Shown piece after piece: positions 27,508 to 35,484 of a DNA stretch of 39,576 nucleotides. The notes beneath the pieces are model-generated. The model was not told the DNA's origin. It worked only from the letters and a program-made list of their open reading frames with translations, and made no database searches. Where the stretch lies: the NCBI GenBank assembly GCA_039584015.1, contig JBDGYO010000001.1, forward strand, positions 1-39,576. The letters are read 5' to 3'. The position numbers and the translations under genes were made by a program. The number at the start of each line of letters is the position of its first letter. Positions within the stretch are counted from its first letter, which is position 1. The stretch is from Gemmatimonadota bacterium (GTDB lineage: Bacteria; Gemmatimonadota; Gemmatimonadetes; Gemmatimonadales; GWC2-71-9).

Positions 27508-27756
27508 ATGTCAGTCGCAACCGCTGGGAAGTACAGGCTGAAGAACAGGCAGGCAAAGGTGAACCTCACCGGGAAGCCCTCGGCCCCGGTGACGCTGACC
27601 GAAGAGATGGTGGCACCACTCATCGAGTGGGCGGAGAAGATGGTCGACTGGGGTAAGGGCGTGCGGGCGGACATCATTCGGCTCGAAGGAAGCGCTGGAT
27701 TCGCGTTTGGCGATCCAGAGGACCCGCCCACGCCGCCGCCGTGGGGAGGGAAGTAA
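27508..27756 (+). CDS. Small hypothetical protein (82 aa) with Pro-rich tail
   Basis: GGAGG lies 7 nt upstream of the ATG. Third-position GC is mostly high. The gene starts 28 nt after the preceding kinase gene. The tail reads 'GDPEDPPTPPPWGGK'. No family was recognised. Confidence 0.5.
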   Translation: MSVATAGKYRLKNRQAKVNLTGKPSAPVTLTEEMVAPLIEWAEKMVDWGKGVRADIIRLEGSAGFAFGDPEDPPTPPPWGGK

Positions 27757-27867
27757 TCGGTCGGTGATACAGGTGCGGTGCTAGTGACGTTGCCGTAGCG
27801 CGCCGCCGCTTGACGATGGCTTGACGCCCTCCCGGCATCGTGCACCCGTCCAAATGGGGAGCGCACG

Positions 27868-28956
27868 ATGCCGAGGGCCTGGTGGCAGAGCCGAGCCAAA
27901 CGACGCGGGTCGCGCCCTCCAAGGCTCTCGCGCCCCAGTCTCGGGGTGAGCGCCGGGCAGCTGCGGTCGGCCGCACTGCGGCGGCACCGGCTGATGGAGG
28001 GGGCCGACGTCGGCGCCTATCGCCTGGGGCCACTCATCGGTTGCGGCGGGATGGGGGAGGTCTATCACGCGACCCACCGCCTGCTGGGTCGTTCGGCGGC
28101 CGTCAAGCTCATCCGGCCCGAGGTGCTGATCGAGGCCGACGACGACGACGTGTTCCTGACCTTGCGCCGCTTCCGTCGCGAGGCCAGGTCCGGCGCGACC
28201 CTGCGCTCACCCCACGCCGTCAGCCTGTTCGATTTCGGCGTGACCGACCGCGGCACGTTCTACATCGTGATGGAGCTGCTCGAGGGTCTGAACCTCGCGC
28301 AGCTGGTCACACGGTTCGGGCCCGTCCCCGCGGAGCGCACCGTCCACATCCTGTACCAGGTGAGTGCCGCGCTCGGCGAGATGCACGCGCACGGCCTGGT
28401 GCACCGCGACGTCAAGCCCGAGAACGTGCATCTCATCCCTCGGGACCAGCACCATGACTTCGTGAAGCTGACGGACCTCGGACTGGTGAAGCCCGAGCGC
28501 GGAACCACGACCGAGCACCGGCTGGTTCGGGCACGGGGCTGCATCCTCGGGACACCGGCCTTCATGGCGCCCGAGACGGCCAGGGGTGACCCGGGCGACG
28601 AACGCACCGACATCTACGCCCTGGGGTGCGTGGCCTACTGGCTCCTCACCGGCTGCACGGTGTTCGACGCCGACGATGTGCAGGGCCTGATGCGCAGCCA
28701 CATCGACATGGATCCAACGCCGCCCTCGCAGCGCACCGAGCTCGAGCTGCCTGCATCACTGGAGCGCCTCATCCTCTGGTGCCTGTCCAAGCACCCCGAG
28801 ATGCGACCGCAGAGCGCCAAAGAGTTTTCCACCCGCCTGGCTGCCTGCAAGCTGACGCGGACCTGGACCGCAGAGCAGGCCGAACGGTGGTGGGACGCGC
28901 ACCTCCCCACGGGAGAGGTGGCGATGGTGGCGGGGTCGGGGCCGAGGTCGGCGTAG
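27868..28956 (+). CDS. Soluble Ser/Thr protein kinase (kinase domain plus short tails)
   Basis: GGGAG lies 7 nt upstream of ATG 27868. The Arg-rich 42-aa leader has high third-position GC by hand count. Motifs are 'GCGGMGEVYHA', 'AAVKLI', 'HRDVKPENV', 'DLG' in place of DFG, and 'GTPAFMAPE'. No TM segment. ATG 27994 is an alternative start. Confidence 0.8.
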   Translation: MPRAWWQSRAKRRGSRPPRLSRPSLGVSAGQLRSAALRRHRLMEGADVGAYRLGPLIGCGGMGEVYHATHRLLGRSAAVKLIRPEVLIEADDDDVFLTLRRFRREARSGATLRSPHAVSLFDFGVTDRGTFYIVMELLEGLNLAQLVTRFGPVPAERTVHILYQVSAALGEMHAHGLVHRDVKPENVHLIPRDQHHDFVKLTDLGLVKPERGTTTEHRLVRARGCILGTPAFMAPETARGDPGDERTDIYALGCVAYWLLTGCTVFDADDVQGLMRSHIDMDPTPPSQRTELELPASLERLILWCLSKHPEMRPQSAKEFSTRLAACKLTRTWTAEQAERWWDAHLPTGEVAMVAGSGPRSA

Positions 28957-29120
28957 GGGAAGGACGACTCGCCACTCGGATGTGTAATCCGCAGGTCCAG
29001 TCGCCTACCTATTCTCCTAGTGATCAGTTGGGATCCCGTGCGATGCCGACGATGGGACGCACCCCAGCTAGCCGATACTGCCTTGCGCACCCCGCAAGCA
29101 GAGGACCACAGGATCCGCAG

Positions 29121-30185
29121 CTACCTTTCCCTTCGTCTGACTACTCGAGGCCTCTCATTACTGAGCCCGAGTTCATCGATCTTCGTCTGCAAGGCAAGGG
29201 CTTCGTTGTGGTTCAGGTTCGTTCCGAACACGACCACGTATCGCACGCGTGCCGGCGTCGCCGGATCAGGTACCTCATACACCCTCGCTGCAGCCGGATC
29301 GTTGAGCGCCACGATATACTCATGAGCCTTACGAGCCGCGTCCTCTGCGTTCCCGTACTCCTCCCCAGCGACGTACCACGCGCGGGGATCCGAGCGTCCC
29401 AGGAACCCTCGAAAGAACTGCTGAACCCTCGACTCCGGCGGCGGTTCCGTCTCTTCGACACTCCCACTGACGATGATCTGCTCCACGCTAAGCGCGGCCT
29501 GCTCCAAGGGTACCCGTACCTCTGCCGTCCGACCCGCAGCAACCTCAACCGCGACCTCTCCGTATGAGAAGCCCAGCAGCGAAACCAGCAGCGTGTGCCC
29601 TCCCGCTGGCAGATTGAGCTCAAACGCGCCGTTCTCCGCGGTTAGGGTGCCGATGTCCGTTCCGCTCACACGGACGTGAGCGCCGACGAGCGGCTCGCCC
29701 GTCTCACCGTCCACGACCTGGCCTCGTACCGAGCCCACAGCCACTTGCTGCCGTACGGCCTCCGGCACTGGTTGTGCATGTGCCTCGCTCATCACGATCT
29801 CAGCCATAGATTCCAGCCCAGCGATCGGTCCGCCCCCGGGCCCTCCAACTTTCAGTCCGTTCGATACGCTGAGGATCATGGCCGGGGCCACAATACCCAA
29901 TTCAAAGACCCGCAACCGTTGGCTTTCCTGCTTGTGCAGCCACGCCCAGAGGCCCCCAATGGCGAACAGCAATACCACTTTGACGACCAGCCCGAGGGCG
30001 GCGAACAGCGTCATGTGCGCGAGGACCGGCTCAAGATCTACGACGATGAGGCTGAGCGCCGTCGGGACGACGGCCCCAATACCACCCAGAGCGAACTTCG
30101 GCAGCCCTGGCATCGCTGCCGCGCTCGGCTGCGCCTGACCCTGCTGCTGCACCTCGCGCTCCTGCGGTTGTGTCGGTCCGTTCAT
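29121..30185 (-). CDS. Membrane protein with CarboxypepD_reg-like domain and a SPOR-like C-terminal domain
   Basis: GGGAG lies 6 nt upstream of the ATG. About three N-terminal TM helices. 'GQVVDGETGEPLVGAHVRVSGTDIGTLTAENGAFELNLPAGGHTLLVSLLGFS' matches the carboxypeptidase-regulatory-like fold. The C-terminal 'RVRYVVVFGTNLNHNEALALQTKIDELGL' is SPOR-like (tentative). Confidence 0.65.
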   Translation of the reverse strand: MNGPTQPQEREVQQQGQAQPSAAAMPGLPKFALGGIGAVVPTALSLIVVDLEPVLAHMTLFAALGLVVKVVLLFAIGGLWAWLHKQESQRLRVFELGIVAPAMILSVSNGLKVGGPGGGPIAGLESMAEIVMSEAHAQPVPEAVRQQVAVGSVRGQVVDGETGEPLVGAHVRVSGTDIGTLTAENGAFELNLPAGGHTLLVSLLGFSYGEVAVEVAAGRTAEVRVPLEQAALSVEQIIVSGSVEETEPPPESRVQQFFRGFLGRSDPRAWYVAGEEYGNAEDAARKAHEYIVALNDPAAARVYEVPDPATPARVRYVVVFGTNLNHNEALALQTKIDELGLSNERPRVVRRRER

Positions 30186-30252
30186 GGCTTACTCCCTGTA
30201 ATGCCTACTTGGCACACTGAGTTCGGGCTGGCGCGCCGCCGCCACCTCGCGG

Positions 30253-32406
30253 CTAGTCGCATCTAATCCGCACTCTGGGTGGCCCCTCCCAACGGAGCAG
30301 CGTCAAGCTGAACTGATCCCCAGGCTTGATACCGTCAGGCGGGGTCCACCGCGCTTCCCAGAGATAGCCTTTCCTTCGCATACCGCGTCCACGTACCTCG
30401 GTATCGATGTCACCGTCGTCTGCACGCACTCCATCACGCTCTCGTGCGAACTCCAGGACCGGTCCACTCGCGGGGACCATGCTGCCGGCCGGTGCATCAA
30501 ACCAGCGGACGATCACAGTATCCCCACGACAGATGGGCCGACCGTCGATCCGGAGGCGGTCGGGTCGCGGTCCCGAGTCGGGCCAGTGCGACTCCGGGTC
30601 GCCGGGCCGAACGAGGATGCTGTCCACCTGGGCCCGCGATCCAGAGTCACTGGTGTCCGACGACAGGCTCGCCGTGAGCGCTCGCAAGCGCTCGGCGATC
30701 ACCACGGCGGTCTGGGGGCCGTAGAGATTGGAGCCACCTTCATACAGTTGAGCTCCGTATTCTTCCGGTGTGGTGATGTATCGGAGGTCGCCGTTGGCGA
30801 GGCCGAGGATCGTGAGATTCTCGGCGGGGACGCCGTCGGGGCGCTCGGCCTGCATCACGGCCAGCATGCGCAGCCCAGCCTCAGTCGTGACTTCACCGGG
30901 CACGGTTCCGATCAATACGTCTCCTACCCGCACCACGGCAAACTGGGCGTACTCCGAGAAGGCAAAACTGCCGAACATGCGCGACTGCGGCAGGAATGTG
31001 CTGCGCTTCGGCCCCTGGCAGTCGGTACGCGAGGAATCAATGCCGGAGCCGCCAGGGTCGAGCCCGAGGGGGATCAGCCCGAACAGCTTGAATCCGGCAA
31101 AGCGCGTCAGACCATCCGGCCCACCCGCTACCGCAGCGGTTCCGGTCTCGCCGCTCTCGCACAGTCCAGCCTCGCGCGCCTCGTCGGTGGTGAGATCAAC
31201 CGTCTCGTATGCCCGCGCGATGGAGACGTCGGGCGCCAGTTCGGACTCGAGGTTCTCGTAGATCTGCCCCGCTCTGCCGGCCAGCGCTGCACCCACGTCC
31301 TCCACATAGGCCTTCGCTGCCGAGACGCACGCCGCCAGGTGCTCCGGCGCATCGTGCCAGTCGTCTTTGGGTGCTGGCGTGCGCGGCCCGCCGGGCCGCC
31401 GCGTCGGCCGGATTGTCGGCGGGTCACAGCGCGTCTCGAAAGGCCAATTGGGCGAGACATCCCCCTGGGTGCCGTTGGCGAAGAGGTGGATGCCACCGAG
31501 ACGACTCTCGAGCGTGCGGGCCACGACCCCGTGGATGTCCGCATCGTACACGTTGCTTCCCGACGGGAAGCCGGTTCCGTGGATCGCGAAGATGCTGAGC
31601 GTTCCAGCTGGACGGAAGGCACCTGCAGAGTCCCGGACGTCCACACGGAGCATCGCCCAGCGTGGGTTCACCTTGCAGAGCGAGTCATTTCCTGAGAAGG
31701 GACACGGCGGAAGCGGGAAGGCGGGAACGCCGCCGTTCAGGGCGTACGCCTGCAGGCTCCGGTTTCTGGTGTGTCCCCACACCGTGTCGATGGCCCAGGC
31801 CGCCTTGGCAGGACGGCGCCCGTTGTACGCGGTGATCACGGCGTCCGCGATTCCATCGGTCAGCCAATCCACGAACTCTGGGTCGTAGCCCGCCACGCCG
31901 GAACCGAAATCATTGAGCGTCCAGGCAGACAGGTAATGTCCCGGTCCCGAGTGCGTGTGCGTCGCCGACAGGATGAGCCGGTCCGCGCCAATCGCCGAGT
32001 CCGTGGCCTCAAACACCTGCTGGGCGACCCGGCGGTGTACGAGCGTGGACATGACGCCCAAATCCACCACGGCGAAGGCGATCCGCTGGCCGTCCCCATC
32101 CTCCAGGACCAGCGCCCTCACCTGGAGGCGGGTCCGGTATCCAACCGCCCGCTTGCCCTCGGGACCGTACCCGAAGAGACCGAACCCGGGGGGCGGCGTG
32201 ATGTCGACGAGGTCGAACCCGGCCAGCAGCACTCCCTCGCCCTCCGTGGCGGGCTCCGATGCCGGCGTGGGCAACTCGAACTTCTCTGGGAGGGTGCACG
32301 CGGGGACCGCCAGAAGGCTCGCGAGCAGCACAGCGCATATCCAGGACGCCGCCCTGTCGCGCCGTGTCCGAAACATGTGCTCAGTAGTGCGCCACATGGT
32401 ATCCAT
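30253..32406 (-). CDS. Neutral/alkaline ceramidase-family lipoprotein
   Basis: Hallmark 'LSATHTHSGPGHY' and 'NGTQGDVSPNW' motifs of neutral ceramidases. Signal with lipobox-like 'LLAVPAC'. The start could also be ATG 32397 or 32376. Confidence 0.8.
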   Translation of the reverse strand: MDTMWRTTEHMFRTRRDRAASWICAVLLASLLAVPACTLPEKFELPTPASEPATEGEGVLLAGFDLVDITPPPGFGLFGYGPEGKRAVGYRTRLQVRALVLEDGDGQRIAFAVVDLGVMSTLVHRRVAQQVFEATDSAIGADRLILSATHTHSGPGHYLSAWTLNDFGSGVAGYDPEFVDWLTDGIADAVITAYNGRRPAKAAWAIDTVWGHTRNRSLQAYALNGGVPAFPLPPCPFSGNDSLCKVNPRWAMLRVDVRDSAGAFRPAGTLSIFAIHGTGFPSGSNVYDADIHGVVARTLESRLGGIHLFANGTQGDVSPNWPFETRCDPPTIRPTRRPGGPRTPAPKDDWHDAPEHLAACVSAAKAYVEDVGAALAGRAGQIYENLESELAPDVSIARAYETVDLTTDEAREAGLCESGETGTAAVAGGPDGLTRFAGFKLFGLIPLGLDPGGSGIDSSRTDCQGPKRSTFLPQSRMFGSFAFSEYAQFAVVRVGDVLIGTVPGEVTTEAGLRMLAVMQAERPDGVPAENLTILGLANGDLRYITTPEEYGAQLYEGGSNLYGPQTAVVIAERLRALTASLSSDTSDSGSRAQVDSILVRPGDPESHWPDSGPRPDRLRIDGRPICRGDTVIVRWFDAPAGSMVPASGPVLEFARERDGVRADDGDIDTEVRGRGMRRKGYLWEARWTPPDGIKPGDQFSLTLLRWEGPPRVRIRCD

Positions 32407-32415
32407 CCGGCCGAA

Positions 32416-33255
32416 TCACCAGAACCAGCTCAGAGCGATGTTAAACAGCAGCCACTTCGTCCCCCGATCCTGATCCTCGAGCGCGCGGCTCGTTCGTTTC
32501 GTGGCCTCGTCGACGTTGATCAGTAGGTGCACGTCGGGCGTGATATAGAGATCGCGCACTGGCCCGATGGGCGCATAGACTTGCGTCCTTGCGAAGATGT
32601 CCACGTGCGTCACACCGTCCTCCGCGAAATAGCCCCCCTCTTCGGGGTCCGCAGTATTCACTGCCTGGCCGGCGCTGACCCCCGCGAGTGCCCCGAGGTA
32701 CAGGGACGGTACGGCAAGAGGCAGAACCGGGATCCGGTAAGTCGCGCTCAGCTCGAAGTAGGCGCCCTTCACCTCTTCCAGATCGAGCCAGACGGCGACC
32801 CTCGGCGTGAATCCTCCGATGCGCACCTGACCATTGGCGTAGAACTCACCAGTGTTGAAGACGGTGCTGCCCACGGCCGCTGCGGCTGCCTCGTCGAAGA
32901 AGTAGCGAGTGTAGCCGAGCGAGAGATCGAACGGGCCCGCCCACGTGGCGAACTCGGCCCAGAGATCCCACTGGCCGAAGTGCTGGCCGAGTCCGATATC
33001 GGTTGACGCTGGATCGGCCACGGAGAACTCGAAGTTGGTCCAGCCACCGACCGTGAGGAAGCTGCCTGAGAACCGAGCCCCGGTCACGAGATCTGCCTGG
33101 AGCACCCAGTCGTTTCGGCGGGTGATGCCGCGCCAGTAGTACCTCGAAGCGACGGTAGCGTCGGCGGCACCGGTCCAGCGCGCTTGGCCGGCGAGCGGGG
33201 GCGATACCCCGAACCCAAGCAGCGTGGCGAGGACTAGCAGGGCGAAGCAGCGCAT
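32416..33255 (-). CDS. TorF/Gcw_chp-family putative outer-membrane porin
   Basis: Signal 'MRCFALLVLATLLGFGV'. 'ASRYYWRGITRRNDWVLQADL' resembles the family hallmark Y.(F/W)RG...Q. Alternating beta-strand pattern ending '...NIALSWFW'. Start 33255 was chosen because it lies after the upstream stop at 33270. Confidence 0.55.
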   Translation of the reverse strand: MRCFALLVLATLLGFGVSPPLAGQARWTGAADATVASRYYWRGITRRNDWVLQADLVTGARFSGSFLTVGGWTNFEFSVADPASTDIGLGQHFGQWDLWAEFATWAGPFDLSLGYTRYFFDEAAAAAVGSTVFNTGEFYANGQVRIGGFTPRVAVWLDLEEVKGAYFELSATYRIPVLPLAVPSLYLGALAGVSAGQAVNTADPEEGGYFAEDGVTHVDIFARTQVYAPIGPVRDLYITPDVHLLINVDEATKRTSRALEDQDRGTKWLLFNIALSWFW

Positions 33256-33269
33256 CAATCGGATTGCCT

Positions 33270-34343
33270 CTACGCCCCGTGCTCGCGCCACCCCAACTGG
33301 TAGATGCGCAGATCATCCCCTACCACCACCGCGAGGTGTGCGTTCTCAAGCCACGGATCCGACTTGCCCAAGCGGCAGTGCCCGATCCATGCTCCGGCGT
33401 CCAGCAGCGTGAAGGGAACGCCGTCCTCGTGTTTCCCCGCCACGATACGCGGCCAATGCGTGTGTCCGATCACCACCAACCTGATGTCGTAGCCGCCGTG
33501 GTCGCGTAGCGCGTACGCAATCTCGCGCGCCTCCCTGAAGAACCGCTTGTTATTCGCCTTCGGCGACCCTTGGTGCGCATCGATGACATTCACGTTGTCC
33601 GGCCCACCTGGCGAGCCGCCCGCCACTGCAAGCTCAGCCTGTCCGACGCCAATGGGCTGGTCACCATCCGGTATGGCACGGTTCGCCGACGCTACAGTGG
33701 CATCATCGTTGTACAGCTCATGGCCGCCGGAGCTATGCCAAGTTGCGAACCGCACCGCTGCAGCCTGGAGTGCATCCGGGAGTAGCCGCTCTAGCCGGCT
33801 GAACAGATCTCCGTGCAGCACGAGCACATCACCGCCCGCCGAGCCCTGGTTCTCGATGATCCGAAACCGGGCGGCGCGCCATCCCGACATGCGGAACAGG
33901 CCGTAATCGTGATTGCCCGCGATGATTCTCGCCTTGACGCCACCCGGCACGCCGTAGGTCAGCAACTCCAGAATGTCCGCATGGTCGGCCGCGATCCTCC
34001 GAAGCTCTGCTTGCTCATCTTGCCCGCCCCGAGCTCTCCAGAGGTCGAACAGATCACCAAGCTGCCACACTCTCAGCTGTCTGCGGTGGTTCTTCTTGAG
34101 CTCCCTCAGGGACTCCAGACACAGCAAGAGATCGTCGTCCTGGACGAAGCCCCACTTCGGATACGCCGGCGCGTCCCGCCGGCTCAACAGGTGACAATCC
34201 GGAATGAACAGGTGAACCCGTCCTCCGGGGAGTTGCAGTCCCGCTTCGTCGTACCGTGCCACCAACGACACGGGCTCCTTGCCGGGGTATCGCTCGCCAA
34301 ACGCGTCGCCCAGATACGACACTATCGTGTCATGGTCCAGCAT
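33270..34343 (-). CDS. Calcineurin-like metallophosphoesterase with LpxH-like motif order
   Basis: All metal-binding motifs are present: 'IPDCH', 'LGDLFDLW', 'AGNHDY', 'LHGD' and 'IGHTHWP'. They are followed by 'LLDAGAWIG', which parallels LpxH 'VLGAW'. No signal peptide. Confidence 0.8.
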   Translation of the reverse strand: MLDHDTIVSYLGDAFGERYPGKEPVSLVARYDEAGLQLPGGRVHLFIPDCHLLSRRDAPAYPKWGFVQDDDLLLCLESLRELKKNHRRQLRVWQLGDLFDLWRARGGQDEQAELRRIAADHADILELLTYGVPGGVKARIIAGNHDYGLFRMSGWRAARFRIIENQGSAGGDVLVLHGDLFSRLERLLPDALQAAAVRFATWHSSGGHELYNDDATVASANRAIPDGDQPIGVGQAELAVAGGSPGGPDNVNVIDAHQGSPKANNKRFFREAREIAYALRDHGGYDIRLVVIGHTHWPRIVAGKHEDGVPFTLLDAGAWIGHCRLGKSDPWLENAHLAVVVGDDLRIYQLGWREHGA

Positions 34344-34363
34344 GGTCGGACTCCTCGACGTTG

Positions 34364-34927
34364 TCAGTTCGGCTCCGGGTCACATATCGAGTCGGCCTTG
34401 AACACGTCCAGACGATCGATTGGACCACCTTCCGCGGGCGCGTGGAGCAGGACCCAGGCTCGGTCGATCCGCACTGCGACACACGCACCATCCTCGCTCC
34501 TCCATTGTCGGCAGCCGAACGTGCGGCGCGCATCGTCCACTTCGAGCGTCCACACGGTCAGGGGTAGCACCGTCCGCATCAACGAATCGACCGTGAAGGG
34601 AGAAGCAAGCTCCACATCGCTCATCGCGGCGTAGGCCGGCGCGACGGCGTCTCGGATCTCGGTCTCCGTGCGCGCAGAGCAGATTGTGGGCTCCCCGTCC
34701 AGATCGGCGCACTCGTCCGGCTCGTCTGATCGCAAGAGACAGACGGTTCCCTCAAGCGCAGCTTGCCAGTCAGCCGACCGATCCTCACCTAGCCCAAGCG
34801 GGAACTCCAGACGCCTTGTCGCCTCGGGCACTGGAGCACTCGCCACAGGCTGCTCCCGGACGCACGCAATGCCCAAGACTCCCAACGTGAGTGCTGCGGC
34901 AGCACTCAAGATCCTGATGGCTTGCAT
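34364..34927 (-). CDS. Cys-rich lipoprotein, unknown function
   Basis: GAGGAGG lies upstream of ATG 34927. Lipobox 'LGIAC'. Six further Cys residues. No family was recognised. Confidence 0.55.
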   Translation of the reverse strand: MQAIRILSAAAALTLGVLGIACVREQPVASAPVPEATRRLEFPLGLGEDRSADWQAALEGTVCLLRSDEPDECADLDGEPTICSARTETEIRDAVAPAYAAMSDVELASPFTVDSLMRTVLPLTVWTLEVDDARRTFGCRQWRSEDGACVAVRIDRAWVLLHAPAEGGPIDRLDVFKADSICDPEPN

Positions 34928-34956
34928 TCTGACCTCCTCGACCGAGCTGTGACGCG

Positions 34957-35484
34957 TCACCGGCTTCGTCCGTCCACGTTCTTGAACGAGTACACCGCGG
35001 TCACCTGGAGTTGAGTCCTGCTCCTAATGGCGACGAATCCCTCGAGTAGTGAATCGCGCAAGGACTGGGGGTCGCGCGTCAGGTGCCGGAAGATCTCCGC
35101 GCAGGCTACGTAGAATCCCTGGTACGCGTGCAGGGTGTCGTCGACGAACTCGCCGCGTGCCCCTCGCCGAGCGAACTGGCTCCTGATGGGCACGGCGCCC
35201 TTTTCGAACACCACCGTCATGGGTTCCGGGTTGTAGACGTTGATGGATGTGAGGTAGGTCCCGGGCACGAGCACTGCGTTCGTGTCGCGTGACGCATCGG
35301 GGAACTCCGGCGATCCAGGCTCCGCTGCGATCGTACCGCACAGGAACTTGGCCGAATACGAATACGCCTCGCCATCGTGGATCGGCACCGCCGGCACCGT
35401 CTCCACATCGACACTGCCCCCCACGCCCAAGCCCTCGCAGGCCGCCAGCGCGACCAGCGGCAACACCCCGAGTAGCGGTCTCAT
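34957..35484 (-). CDS. Lipoprotein, unknown function
   Basis: GGAGG lies upstream of ATG 35484. Lipobox 'LAAC'. Conserved-looking 'YSAKFLCGT...VPGTYLTSINVYNP' core. First gene of the - strand operon. Confidence 0.55.
   Translation of the reverse strand: MRPLLGVLPLVALAACEGLGVGGSVDVETVPAVPIHDGEAYSYSAKFLCGTIAAEPGSPEFPDASRDTNAVLVPGTYLTSINVYNPEPMTVVFEKGAVPIRSQFARRGARGEFVDDTLHAYQGFYVACAEIFRHLTRDPQSLRDSLLEGFVAIRSRTQLQVTAVYSFKNVDGRSR

Noticed and set aside
24675-27556. Several long ORFs (24675..25451 -, 25025..25618 -, 25560..27026 -, 26366..27427 +, 26831..27556 -) inside the receptor kinase gene
   Set aside because: All are alternative-frame or antisense shadows of a gene with unambiguous kinase motifs. 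Their translations are Arg/Ala/Pro/Gly runs.
29082-29098. CTTGCG-N5-CGCAAG hairpin between the convergent kinase and membrane-protein genes
   Set aside because: The stem is 6 bp with no U-tract on either strand, which is not distinguishable from chance in GC-rich DNA.
30586-32526. ORFs 30586..31695 (+) and 31771..32526 (+) opposite the ceramidase gene
   Set aside because: They are antisense to a gene carrying the hallmark THTHSGPG and GDVSPN ceramidase motifs.
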